A stretch of 64,000 bases of DNA from a bacterium (GCA_963675755.2 CAXXMD010000003.1:1856001-1920000); one strand, 5' to 3'. Counted from the stretch's first letter, positions 52,443 to 61,786 are shown. Notes: generated by a model not told the origin, from the sequence alone. Numbers and translations are program-made.

Positions 52443-53349
52443 TTACCGGTTCCGAAATTGTTTCTACAGGAGGTTTTGTTTTCCAGCGTTTGTGCATCCA
52501 CAGCCAATGATCGGGCCATTTTCTAACACTTTTTTCCAGCGCTGATGCGTGTCGCTGTGTAAGGATCTCTATATTTTCCTCAGTCACTCCGTCCAGGTCA
52601 GAATGGTCAATCAGTTCCAGATGTACGGTATGATGGCCTTTTGCACTGCGAACACATGTGCCATAGATGATTGGAGCACCGGATTTGAGTGCTAAAATTG
52701 CAACACCCGGGGCAGTGGATGACGGTCTGCCCAGAAAATCTATAAATACGCCTTTTGAATGTGCATCCTGGTCAGAGGCTATTGCTACTAATTTTTTGTC
52801 TTTTAACGCTTTTAAAACGCCTCTTACACCCATTCCCATGGGAATGGTACCTACATTGGTTTTCTTACGATATTCAATAATGAGGTTGCCTACTTTTTTA
52901 TTACGCTGATCTTTGGCAAGCCCGGTCATGGGATATCCTTTTGCTGAAATTGCTGCACCCATCAGCTCCCAGTTGCCAAAATGACCGGTTAAACACAAGC
53001 CACCCTTGTTTTGAGTGTATGCCTGATCTAATATTTCCGGATTCTCAAAGTGTACGTGTGATTCCAGAAAAGATTTGGTGTGAAGAGGTGTCCGCATAAA
53101 CTCTATCATATTGCGGGCAAGATTTATATATGTATTTTTAACAATTTGATTGATTTCTTGAAGAGATTTATCTGGAAACGCATTTACAAGGTTTTCTGTT
53201 GCCACTTTTTTTCGTATGGGTATTAAATAAAAGAACATCAATCCAATGCCTTTTGCGACAGCCAGTGCAGCTGAAAGTGGCAGGATACGGATAAGTTTTC
53301 CTACAATCAATACCAGGCTATATTCAAAATTATTCTTGAACTTTTTCAT
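52432..53349 (-). CDS. Lipid A biosynthesis lauroyl/lysophospholipid acyltransferase (LpxL/HtrB family)
   Basis: GHFGNWE, DQD....G.F..FLG, P..WLWMHKRWK. Confidence 0.9.
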   Translation of the reverse strand: MKKFKNNFEYSLVLIVGKLIRILPLSAALAVAKGIGLMFFYLIPIRKKVATENLVNAFPDKSLQEINQIVKNTYINLARNMIEFMRTPLHTKSFLESHVHFENPEILDQAYTQNKGGLCLTGHFGNWELMGAAISAKGYPMTGLAKDQRNKKVGNLIIEYRKKTNVGTIPMGMGVRGVLKALKDKKLVAIASDQDAHSKGVFIDFLGRPSSTAPGVAILALKSGAPIIYGTCVRSAKGHHTVHLELIDHSDLDGVTEENIEILTQRHASALEKSVRKWPDHWLWMHKRWKTKPPVETISEPVNGS

Positions 53350-53390
53350 TGGTAAATATATGAAATAACAGGAATGAATACAACTGATTA

Positions 53391-54308
53391 TTATTCATCT
53401 AACGGTTCAATGTCGGGAGGTAATTGTTCCCATTCAGCGAGTTTTCTTTTGTTTCGGATTCTTATAACAATTCCCGCTATGAAGAATAGTACAATAATAA
53501 GCGTCCAGATATAAGAATCAAAATCATTCAGCCAGGTCCATTTGTATTTCTTTTTTGCATAGGCCAGCCATTCTTTTTCGAAAACAGCGTATGTACTGCC
53601 CGTTGCTTTTTGAAAAGCAAGATCAATAGATTCATGGTTTTGCAGGCTTTTAAGAATGGCCCGGACGGCATCGATATCATATGTTGCCAAAAGATATTGT
53701 ACAGCCGAGTAACTTTGCTGATAAGCCAGCTCTGCTCTTGCCCGATGAAAACTGAGTACCCGGTCAATATCATATAGAGGCAGTACTGAACGCGTTGCAA
53801 AAGCTTTTGACAAAGCAGTGCTGGAGATCCATTTGTAATCATTTGAATAAAAGATGGCCAGGCCTTCATCCATCCACCGGGGAAGGCGTGCAACTCCCAT
53901 TTTTTCATGAATGACCAGATGCAGCAGCTCATGGACCAGGTTGGTGATGAAATTGCTATCTTGTTCCCAGTTGGGAGAGCGGACATACATGCTGTTACTG
54001 GCTGGTGACGCAAAAGCACCGGTCCAGTTTGGAAGCTGACCATCAATGATCTCTTTGAACATTTGACGTGTTGGTATGATATAAATGTGTAATGTGTCTG
54101 TATTTTCTATGCTGAGGTCATGAGATATTTCGTTATAATACCCGATCATCTCATCCAGAGCAATACGTGCATTTGCAGAGTCTGTAAGCGCATAATAAAT
54201 TCTAATTTTTTCTTTTTGCTGGATCAAGAATTCATGTTGAGCGGAAATACCTAACGGGATCAAGATTCCTATTACCAGTAACAGTATTATGCAAAATAGC
54301 CTTTTCAT
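53391..54308 (-). CDS. Peptidase MA-like zinc metallopeptidase with C-terminal membrane anchor
   Basis: Signal peptide, HELLH, PRWMDEGLA, AYQQSYSAV.YL, C-terminal TM. Confidence 0.8.
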   Translation of the reverse strand: MKRLFCIILLLVIGILIPLGISAQHEFLIQQKEKIRIYYALTDSANARIALDEMIGYYNEISHDLSIENTDTLHIYIIPTRQMFKEIIDGQLPNWTGAFASPASNSMYVRSPNWEQDSNFITNLVHELLHLVIHEKMGVARLPRWMDEGLAIFYSNDYKWISSTALSKAFATRSVLPLYDIDRVLSFHRARAELAYQQSYSAVQYLLATYDIDAVRAILKSLQNHESIDLAFQKATGSTYAVFEKEWLAYAKKKYKWTWLNDFDSYIWTLIIVLFFIAGIVIRIRNKRKLAEWEQLPPDIEPLDE

Positions 54309-54349
54309 AATACAGTATACATATCCTTTGAATGAAAAAACAGGATTAT

Positions 54350-54694
54350 TTATCCCATTTTTGCATATTGGTGGGCAATTTTTACAATGATATCAATTTG
54401 TTTTCTCGTGGTTTCGAGAGCTGCCAACAGATTTTTGTCCCCTGCTACTGAACCGGTTGTTTCAAAATTCTCGTAATTGATCGGTTTGATGTACCGTGTA
54501 ATATCACTACTTGTAAAGGATGGGCCTTTAATGGCTTTACCAAAGTCCATGGCTCTTTCGAGCACAAAACGGTGTACCTGGATGATTTCGTGTGGATTCA
54601 ATGCATCTATCATTGGCCCGACAGGTTCTGCTTTGATGATGCGTTTCAGAATTTCGAGTTTGATCTCTGGTTTTAAGGGATTTTGCTTTGTCAT
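54350..54694 (-). CDS. Hypothetical protein
   Basis: 114-aa ORF overlapping the upstream gene by ATGA (translational coupling); no recognised motif. Confidence 0.6.
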   Translation of the reverse strand: MTKQNPLKPEIKLEILKRIIKAEPVGPMIDALNPHEIIQVHRFVLERAMDFGKAIKGPSFTSSDITRYIKPINYENFETTGSVAGDKNLLAALETTRKQIDIIVKIAHQYAKMG

Positions 54695-55188
54695 ACGATT
54701 TCATCCTGATACGCATAAGCACTGATTACATCTGTCAGGGATATCAATAGAGATTTTATACTTTTAGGGTTTCTGCCATTGAAAAATTTAAATTTTTCCT
54801 TGGGAGATAATGAGATAAACGGATTGACTATTTTAGGATTAACCGGTAAGGGATTATTTTTTACATCTGCAGCTAAAATGCAGGGAGCATCAAATTTCCG
54901 GTTGAATAAGCTTAAATTGTGTTTTGCGTTTTCAAAAGATTCTGTATTGTTCCAGTCAAAAACAATAATGGAACCAATCATTTTACGTGCAATAAGATCC
55001 CAGGCGATGGTTGCCTTGTTTCTATTGGAAGTAATGGCATATAAAAACAAAGTCAGTTCAGGATCAATGCCAAGTTTGCCAAAAAGAATCTCCTGATCAG
55101 ACTTCATAACCTGATCACAAACTGCATGCAAGATATTGGGATGAGATGTTCCGCTTGATCCCACAACCAGAATTTCACCGACTTTCAT
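54691..55188 (-). CDS. Degenerate small GTPase-like protein (conservon CvnD/ATP_bind_1/MglA-like fold, P-loop lost)
   Basis: ILVVGSSGTSHP replaces GxxxxGK(S/T). FGKLGIDPELTLFLYA...WDLIARKMIGSIIVFD...PCILAAD parallels the CvnD pattern DFGRITL...LYLFGTPGQ.RF..MWD.L.RGA.GAVVLVD...P.VVA.NK. Confidence 0.65.
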   Translation of the reverse strand: MKVGEILVVGSSGTSHPNILHAVCDQVMKSDQEILFGKLGIDPELTLFLYAITSNRNKATIAWDLIARKMIGSIIVFDWNNTESFENAKHNLSLFNRKFDAPCILAADVKNNPLPVNPKIVNPFISLSPKEKFKFFNGRNPKSIKSLLISLTDVISAYAYQDEIV

Positions 55189-55202
55189 TAGAGGCGCCCC
55201 GT

Positions 55203-56393
55203 CTATTGAGATAGTTTGTTTTTAATGCGTTTCAAGTCTGAAAGAGACAAGTAGACTTTGTAGGGTTTTTTGGTGTTTTTAGAGTATTCCGGTTTTAGAA
55301 AAACTCCCTCTGTATTTTGAGAGGTATTGTCTGCATTCCGCATAAAATAAGAGGTAATGTCGGAAAAGGTTTCTTTTTGTTGATTTACTTCTTTTTGTAA
55401 CTGTTCAAAAACAATTTTTGCAAAAGGATCATCTGCATTTGAATGAGCATGTCTGGCAACCAGTAATCCTTTGGATAACAGTCCCTTAATCAGTTCCAAT
55501 GCATGAATATCGTCGAGCTTGCTTTCTTCAATACCCTGCATAATGGTTTTGGGTTGATGATAATGGTTCAGCATTTGTTTTTCAATGGGCGAAACCGGTC
55601 TGTCTGATGCGGAATCGCTGGTTTTGAGAGATGTGTTCATGGGGGGCAGCTGCCGTGCAATATTGCGCCATTTTTGGATCATTTTGGTTCCATGCGAGAG
55701 GATATGTTTGTTATTGGTGTTGATCATTTTGTTGCGATCAATGCTTTGCAGGGAAACCCAGAATGAACCCTCTAACCAGGTCAACATATGTGAAAGCGCT
55801 TGTTCGGGTTCAAATCCTTCAATGAATGCGTCAATGATTTGACCCTGATTGATAAAAATCTGGCCTTCTTTGAATCCACGGTTTAGATAAATAATGCCTG
55901 ACATTTTACCCAGTTCCATGGCTTTAATGATATCTACAACATTCATTTCTTCAAGGTTGCCCTTGAATCCATGAGATAAAACGGTATTGTTTTTATCCAA
56001 AGATTTGACTTCGTTTAAAAGAATATGGACCCTGGCTACAACTTCTTCGGGATGATAGGGCTTTACTATATAGTCATCAATTCCCATTTGCATGCTTTTA
56101 ATGCGATCGTCTAGTTGAGGTTCTTTAGTTGTTACAATAACAGGAATCTGACTGGTGATAAAGTTACTTTTAATCTGTCTGAAAAACTGTATTCCGCTGA
56201 AATTGGGGAATGCCAGTTCAGTGATAATTACTGCAGGCTGATTGCGCAGACAATAATCACAGGCTTTTTGACTGTCTTCAATATGTACTACCTGTAACCG
56301 GGTTTCCTGCAAATTTTGGATGAGCTGATCCAGTTCAGGCCCGGGTTGATCAATAATTAGAATTGATTTTTTATTGTCAGGTTTTGATAGCAT
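55203..56393 (-). CDS. Pseudo-receiver + DUF4388 (PatA_N-like) protein
   Basis: REC fold with IITELAFP (Glu at the phospho-Asp position) and DDYIVKP; DUF4388 GNLEEM...DII...G.I...G.IIDA...W.EG.F. Confidence 0.85.
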   Translation of the reverse strand: MLSKPDNKKSILIIDQPGPELDQLIQNLQETRLQVVHIEDSQKACDYCLRNQPAVIITELAFPNFSGIQFFRQIKSNFITSQIPVIVTTKEPQLDDRIKSMQMGIDDYIVKPYHPEEVVARVHILLNEVKSLDKNNTVLSHGFKGNLEEMNVVDIIKAMELGKMSGIIYLNRGFKEGQIFINQGQIIDAFIEGFEPEQALSHMLTWLEGSFWVSLQSIDRNKMINTNNKHILSHGTKMIQKWRNIARQLPPMNTSLKTSDSASDRPVSPIEKQMLNHYHQPKTIMQGIEESKLDDIHALELIKGLLSKGLLVARHAHSNADDPFAKIVFEQLQKEVNQQKETFSDITSYFMRNADNTSQNTEGVFLKPEYSKNTKKPYKVYLSLSDLKRIKNKLSQ

Positions 56394-56398
56394 TATTG

Positions 56399-58198
56399 TT
56401 ATTTATGATAATAATTTTTAAACAGTGAAAAAATGATTTTTTTAGAATTTGACTGGTTAAAGTCTGAACAGAACATGATCTTTTCTGTGCTTTTCAGCAA
56501 TAATTTTGAACGTATGCCATCGATAGTGATGGAATTGGAATCGAGTCCCTTGTTAGAGATAACGATTACAGAGGGCACGGATAATTTTCTTCGCAGCACA
56601 TTAAGCAGATAGTGATAATAATTCCAGTTGGCGCGTTGTATGTCTACCAGTAATACATAGCCCAATGTTTTTGATGCAAAATAATCTAATAGCGGATCAA
56701 ATTCTTTTTCAGTTGAAAATGTGGTGAGATTCAAATAGGCATTGCCCTTGAAAGAAGCAGTACCAAAATAAATATCTGAAACATTGGGAATGTTGACATT
56801 GCTTAGAACCGGTTGGGCAATTGACAGGTTGTCTACAATATGCTTGCTTTGTGTGTGATCTTTGCTGATAATCAGTACATTGCCTTTGGCCTGGCGATAT
56901 AGTGTATGTAGAGATTCTTTGTCACTTTTGTCTTCTGTATGTTGCTCTGCAACAACATCTGTAACATATTCCGGAACTGCAGATACCTCTGCCGGTGATT
57001 CTTTTACAGCTATATCAACAGAGTCTGGTTTTTTTAATGGTTCCATCAAAGGCGACCTATTTGTTGTTATGTCGCTATAATCGGGTTCCGGGACCTTTTC
57101 AGTATAAGAGTCACTTTCTGTCAGCAAATCATCAAGCAAAGGGTTAGAAGTTTTATTGTTTTGAGGCTCAATTTCTTGAATAGATTCTAACGGTTCCATA
57201 CTTGCAGTGTCGTTATTGATATCCAAGAATCCCATATCAAGTAGTTTTTTTATACGTTGTAGGGTTTCAATTTCATCAGATTTGCTGTCGTCAATAATCT
57301 GACCCAGACTTCGTTTTCCATCAAAAAGTTCCAGGAACTGCTGTAATTCGTTTTTCAATTCTTGTTTGGCTGTTATCTTTTGAAAATTTGAGGTTGTAGT
57401 AATAATGGAATCCAAAGAGGGGAGGTCGTTTTGGATTTTTTCGGATTGTTCCATTCTCATCGCTCCTTGCAATAAAATAGCCAGGTTGCTTACTTTAATT
57501 TCATCGATAACGTCGATATCACAAAAATGCATGGAAAAAAGCCCCTTTTTCCATGTCATCATTTTAAAAACGGCTTTTTCACCGTTTAGTAAAAGAGTTC
57601 CAGCATTAATAATATTCCCGTTTTCAAAAAAGATCTGTCCTGTATATCCATTGTACTTGAATAAAGAGAGTATACCGGTCTTTTTTTCCAAACCAAAGAC
57701 TTTGATAAGGTCAAATACTGAAATATCTTCCAGTTTTCCTGTAAATTTCTTTTTAACAATCTGCTCTTCTTCACTTTTTCGTTCAATTCTGGCAATGAGC
57801 ATGTTAACCCGAGCAACAAGTTCCTTGACGTGTATGGGTTTGATGATATAGTCTTTGGCCCCCAGTTGCAAACTTTTTACCCGGTTCCATACATCACTTT
57901 TGGTTGTAAGGAAAATAACCGGGGTTTCTGTGTTTAATGCCGATTTTTGTATCATTTCCAGCAAGCTGTAACCATCAATACCCGGAGCAGACAGTTCGGT
58001 AAGCATGGCATCATAACGTTTCTTGCTCACCATATGCATGGCTTGCGTATCGTTGTATGCCAGGTCAACCTCAAAATATGCTTCAATAAAGTTATTTTTT
58101 AGCACTTCAAGGTTATTCTTGTCTCTATTGACGATTATCAGGCTATGGCGTTTCATATTCTTTTTAAGCCGGGGTTTTTGTAAAATGTTAAATGTCAT
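56399..58198 (-). CDS. Pseudo-receiver + DUF4388 + acidic linker + degenerate small-GTPase-like C-terminal domain (alternative start 58156)
   Basis: REC with MLTELSAP and DYIIKP; DUF4388 GKLED..VFDLI...KKTG.L...W.KG.F; C-terminus DIYFG...YLNL...F...LGYVLLVD...P.VIVISNK. Confidence 0.82.
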   Translation of the reverse strand: MTFNILQKPRLKKNMKRHSLIIVNRDKNNLEVLKNNFIEAYFEVDLAYNDTQAMHMVSKKRYDAMLTELSAPGIDGYSLLEMIQKSALNTETPVIFLTTKSDVWNRVKSLQLGAKDYIIKPIHVKELVARVNMLIARIERKSEEEQIVKKKFTGKLEDISVFDLIKVFGLEKKTGILSLFKYNGYTGQIFFENGNIINAGTLLLNGEKAVFKMMTWKKGLFSMHFCDIDVIDEIKVSNLAILLQGAMRMEQSEKIQNDLPSLDSIITTTSNFQKITAKQELKNELQQFLELFDGKRSLGQIIDDSKSDEIETLQRIKKLLDMGFLDINNDTASMEPLESIQEIEPQNNKTSNPLLDDLLTESDSYTEKVPEPDYSDITTNRSPLMEPLKKPDSVDIAVKESPAEVSAVPEYVTDVVAEQHTEDKSDKESLHTLYRQAKGNVLIISKDHTQSKHIVDNLSIAQPVLSNVNIPNVSDIYFGTASFKGNAYLNLTTFSTEKEFDPLLDYFASKTLGYVLLVDIQRANWNYYHYLLNVLRRKLSVPSVIVISNKGLDSNSITIDGIRSKLLLKSTEKIMFCSDFNQSNSKKIIFSLFKNYYHK

Positions 58199-58220
58199 AA
58201 ATCAGTTATACTCAATTTAA

Positions 58221-58249
58221 AATGTATTTAAAATTATTTATCAAGTCAA
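58221..58249 (-). promoter_or_regulatory. Putative sigma70-type promoter of the DUF4388 operon
   Basis: Minus strand TTGACT (58249-58244), 17 nt, TACATT (58226-58221). Confidence 0.55.
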
Positions 58250-58262
58250 GATGTTTTATTTC

Positions 58263-58288
58263 AAAAAAAAAGCCGGAACACATCCGGC
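58263..58288 (-). terminator. Intrinsic terminator after the anti-sigma-like gene
   Basis: Minus strand GCCGGA-tgtgt-TCCGGC followed by nine T. Confidence 0.85.
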
Positions 58289-58336
58289 AATTTTAGGTTG
58301 TAAATACAATAAATTTGGTGCTTGTAAAATAAAAAC

Positions 58337-58981
58337 TTAGGCCTGAATGCATTCCTGTATTTTATTTACCATTTTGGGGCTGACAGGTTTAATATATTTT
58401 TGCAAGTGTAAAGACTTGTTTTGTATGTCTTTGATTTCTTTGCCGGGTATAATTACTGTTCCGCTTGAAGAAATGCGGTAATCTGAAATAATTCCCGGTA
58501 TTGTCAACCGCCATTTGGTGAAATCTATTTGTGATTTACTCCAGAAAAAGAGCAAAACACACTCTATTGCAGGGTCTGTCAATATCCGAACGGATAAAGG
58601 ATATTGCTGCATGGTTTGCTTGTAATCGTTAAACTGAATTTTATTATCAAAGGATGTCTGCACAAAGATATCCTGCATTTGATAAGTTTTGTGATGTTTG
58701 TCTTTGTTTTTGTGTTCAGGGGTACAAGAAAATAGGCCTTTCAGGCTGGAGTATGGCGAAACTTTGCAGACAAAATCCAGTAACGAGTTTGTAATGGGAT
58801 ATGATGTTTCGTTTAAAATAGAAGAATACATTGCGTCAAGATCACTGATGAATTTTTGACAGTCCGGGCAGGAATAGAGGTGGTGTTCAGGATCGTTGAC
58901 CAGTATCTCTCCCAGTTCGTTGTTGAGGTACAACGTTTCATATTGAAGGGAGTGAGGACAGGTTGTTTTGGACATTTTCAT
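58337..58981 (-). CDS. Hypothetical protein with zinc-binding anti-sigma (ZAS)-like motif
   Basis: N-terminal C-x(n)-HLYSCPDC (H-x3-C-x2-C); no TM helix. Confidence 0.6.
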   Translation of the reverse strand: MKMSKTTCPHSLQYETLYLNNELGEILVNDPEHHLYSCPDCQKFISDLDAMYSSILNETSYPITNSLLDFVCKVSPYSSLKGLFSCTPEHKNKDKHHKTYQMQDIFVQTSFDNKIQFNDYKQTMQQYPLSVRILTDPAIECVLLFFWSKSQIDFTKWRLTIPGIISDYRISSSGTVIIPGKEIKDIQNKSLHLQKYIKPVSPKMVNKIQECIQA

Positions 58982-59048
58982 GTATGTTATGCTCTTGTTT
59001 GATAAATTTAATCATAACATACAGGCAAACGATTAATTTTACGGAAAT

Positions 59049-60134
59049 TTATAATAAAGCTTTCAAGTGATTTCTGAAATTTTTCTTGGCAACTTTGGCC
59101 AAATATTCAAAAATTGTTCGTTCATTTTTTCTATAATCTGATTGGGTGAGATCAGGTAAATAGTATTTCAGGTTGCGATAATAACTGGAACTGTCTTTTT
59201 TCTGCAATAGATCAAACAAAACATCTCGCAAGGCCATAGAGTAAATTCTGGCTCTGTCATGGCTCAATTTACCAGATCCGATATACAATTTATCGATTTT
59301 GCTGTTAACCTGATCCATTACCACGTTTACATAACTTTCAATTTCCTGTGTTTCCAATTGATCAAGCGGTGTGGGTACCTTGTCTTCAGCGGCAAGTTTT
59401 TCACGAAAGACACTAAATTTGATGTTACGGATCAGTTTAACAATGACATCCATTGCTAAAAAGTTCTGATAATCATCCAGTTCATGTACAGTTTTTAATA
59501 GTTTTTTGATAGCACCGGATATAGAGTCATTTGGACTATAAACATCAACAAAGCGTGCGTGCAGAACATCTTCGGGCATGGGAGAGGATTCCCGTCTCAG
59601 GTATTCTGAAATTACGTCCGGATTTGCGGGACCTTCGTTGCGAATGTCGATACCCTGTTTGTAAAAAACAAATTCTTTGCCCAGATCTCTAAACATATCT
59701 AATTTTTCCGAGCTGCGAATAGCGACCTTGATGTTACGAACAATCTTGGCGCCTTCAGGATCACGTTCACGGAAAATTCGTGACAACTCTTGCTTGGTTT
59801 TGCGTACAACCAACCGGCGGGTTTGGGCCAGAATATCTGCATCAGTCATATTGGTTTCACTCAGAAAGGGCTCATAATATTTCTGTAATTGGGGAAAACA
59901 TCCATTGCCGTCACCACTGAACAACTCGGCAATGCAGTCAAGTGCCACATCATCCAGTTCAGAATAGGATTCACTGCGTTCACCAGCAATACGTTTACCA
60001 ATCACTTCCTGGTATTTCAAATATCCCAGGGATATTTTCTTTGTAAGGTTGATAAATTGCACAAGCTGTGCCTGGCAATAGCTACCGTTACAAATATCTG
60101 AAATCAAGTTAACCAATGTATTTGTATTATTCAT
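59049..60134 (-). CDS. Hypothetical all-helical protein, possibly a divergent sigma70/ECF-like factor
   Basis: Clear 361-aa ORF. The N-terminal pattern ELDDVALDCIAELF...RRLVVRKTKQELSRIFRE loosely fits sigma region 2, and the gene precedes a ZAS-like gene. The function is inferred. Confidence 0.45.
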   Translation of the reverse strand: MNNTNTLVNLISDICNGSYCQAQLVQFINLTKKISLGYLKYQEVIGKRIAGERSESYSELDDVALDCIAELFSGDGNGCFPQLQKYYEPFLSETNMTDADILAQTRRLVVRKTKQELSRIFRERDPEGAKIVRNIKVAIRSSEKLDMFRDLGKEFVFYKQGIDIRNEGPANPDVISEYLRRESSPMPEDVLHARFVDVYSPNDSISGAIKKLLKTVHELDDYQNFLAMDVIVKLIRNIKFSVFREKLAAEDKVPTPLDQLETQEIESYVNVVMDQVNSKIDKLYIGSGKLSHDRARIYSMALRDVLFDLLQKKDSSSYYRNLKYYLPDLTQSDYRKNERTIFEYLAKVAKKNFRNHLKALL

Positions 60135-60184
60135 TATTCAAATGCTCTTTTTAGTCATGTTTTACAATGTTTGACCAGTAAAAG

Positions 60185-60200
60185 GCAAATGGTATACCAA
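60185..60200 (-). promoter_or_regulatory. Sigma54 (-24/-12) promoter
   Basis: Minus strand TTGGTATACCATTTGC: GG-N10-GC in TGG...TTGC context, about 50 nt upstream of ATG 60134. Confidence 0.72.
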
Positions 60201-60209
60201 GAATTGGGA

Positions 60210-60236
60210 AAAATAATTGATTGTAAGTACTTGTTT
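60210..60236. promoter_or_regulatory. Two IHF-like sites between enhancer and sigma54 promoter
   Basis: AAAATAATTGATT (60210-60222) and TAAGTACTTGTTT (60224-60236) each differ by one base from YAANNNNTTGATW. Confidence 0.45.
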
Positions 60237-60282
60237 TTATTGAGACGGTTTTTGTGGGGATTTGAAGTGTTTTATAAAATGT

Positions 60283-60317
60283 TGTGACACTCTGGTACAA
60301 TGTTTTAAAGTGGAACA
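60283..60317. promoter_or_regulatory. Tandem TGT-N11-ACA enhancer-like boxes (candidate activator binding sites)
   Basis: TGTGACACTCTGGTACA (60283-60299) and TGTTTTAAAGTGGAACA (60301-60317), about 85-120 bp upstream of the -24 element. Confidence 0.55.
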
Positions 60318-60341
60318 CCTGTGAGACACGCTCACAGGTGT
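60315..60341. repeat. 11-bp inverted repeat just after the NtrC-type gene stop (terminator or operator)
   Basis: ACACCTGTGAG-acacg-CTCACAGGTGT. Confidence 0.75.
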
Positions 60342-60345
60342 AAAT

Positions 60346-61728
60346 TTATCCGTTTACCATGGCAAGGCCATATTTTTTAGCTTTTCTGTATATAGTTGCG
60401 CGACCAATACCCAGTTTTTTTGCGGTTTTTGAGATATTGCCTTCGCATTCAAGCAATGCCTGACGCAATGCTTCCTCTTCCAGCTTTTCGATCCAACCTG
60501 CCAGTGTATTATCTGATTCCAAAATCTGTTTTTCACCAATGGCGCGTACCGGCTGGGGCAGTTCTTTGGCTGTTATTTGTTTATCTGCTAGTACTACAGC
60601 ACGTGCTATTGCATTTTCAAGTTCGCGCACATTGCCTGACCAACTGTAATTGGTTAGCAATTCTAAAGCATCCTGGTCTACGCCCTCTATTTCGCGGTTT
60701 TCAATTTCATTATATTTCTTAACGAAATGGGTGATTAGCAGGGGTACGTCATCTTTGCGTTCCCGCAAGGGTGGAAGTTTCATTGGAAATACTGACAAGC
60801 GGTAATAGAGATCTTCACGAAAAGTACCCTTTTTTACTTCTTCCTCAAGATCCGCATTGGTAGCTGAAATAACGCGCACATTTACTTTGATCAGTTCGTT
60901 ACCGCCAACACGTTCAAATTCACGCTCCTGTAAAATACGAAGAATTTTAGCCTGAACAGTGGGTGACATGAGGCCAATCTCGTCCAAAAAGATAGTTCCG
61001 CCATGGGCCTGTTCAAATTTACCGATACGTTTGCCGGCTGCTCCGGTAAACGCTCCTTTTTCATGACCGAACAACTCGCTTTCCAGTAACGATTCAGGCA
61101 ATGCCGAACAGTTGACCGCAACAAAAGGTTTGCTGGCACGGGTTTGTGATTGAAAGTGAATGGCACGGGCAATAAGCTCTTTACCAGTACCGCTTTCTCC
61201 CTGGATTAAAACAGTGACTGTACTGTCTGCTATTTTTTCAAGAGATTTGAAAACGTCCTGCATGACTCCGCTTTGCCCAATGATATTGCCAAAAGAATAT
61301 TTGCCCTTTAACTCGGAACGAAGTTCGTCAACTTCTTTGCGAAGCGAGCTGTTCATGAGCGCATTGTTTACGGTAACCAATAACCGGTCACGTGCAAAGG
61401 GTTTGGTTAAAAAGTCATGTGCGCCGGCTTTCATTGAAGCGACTGCGTGTTCAATGGTGCCGTGGGCGGTCATCATGACTACTTGAATGCGTTTATCGAA
61501 TTCTTTGATTTGCTTCAATGTTTCAAGACCGTCCATGCCCGGCATCTGAATGTCCAGCAATACCAGGTCCGGGGTAGCCTCCTGCAGTAGATTCATGCAG
61601 GCTTCACCATTCAGCGCGGTTCGCAAATCATATTTTTTTTCTTTGCGAAGGCTGGCTTCGATCATTTTACATATATTCTTATCATCATCGACTATCATTA
61701 CAAGTGGATTATTTCCAGTATCACTCAC
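60346..61728 (-). CDS. Sigma54-dependent response regulator (NtrC/AtoC family)
   Basis: Intact REC (MIVDDD, LLDIQMP, KP), [46 protein letters not shown], Fis-type HTH. Confidence 0.95.
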   Translation of the reverse strand: MSDTGNNPLVMIVDDDKNICKMIEASLRKEKKYDLRTALNGEACMNLLQEATPDLVLLDIQMPGMDGLETLKQIKEFDKRIQVVMMTAHGTIEHAVASMKAGAHDFLTKPFARDRLLVTVNNALMNSSLRKEVDELRSELKGKYSFGNIIGQSGVMQDVFKSLEKIADSTVTVLIQGESGTGKELIARAIHFQSQTRASKPFVAVNCSALPESLLESELFGHEKGAFTGAAGKRIGKFEQAHGGTIFLDEIGLMSPTVQAKILRILQEREFERVGGNELIKVNVRVISATNADLEEEVKKGTFREDLYYRLSVFPMKLPPLRERKDDVPLLITHFVKKYNEIENREIEGVDQDALELLTNYSWSGNVRELENAIARAVVLADKQITAKELPQPVRAIGEKQILESDNTLAGWIEKLEEEALRQALLECEGNISKTAKKLGIGRATIYRKAKKYGLAMVNG

Positions 61729-61786
61729 GATATATTCTCCAAAAGAATTTATATTTTCTTAATATAAGCAAAAATTTTAACATAAT

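Noticed and set aside
49060-54046. Alternate-frame ORFs of 170+ aa (49060-49584 and 53528-54046) and the many other short ORFs in the track
   Set aside because: They lie wholly within well-supported genes and show no RBS or motif support.
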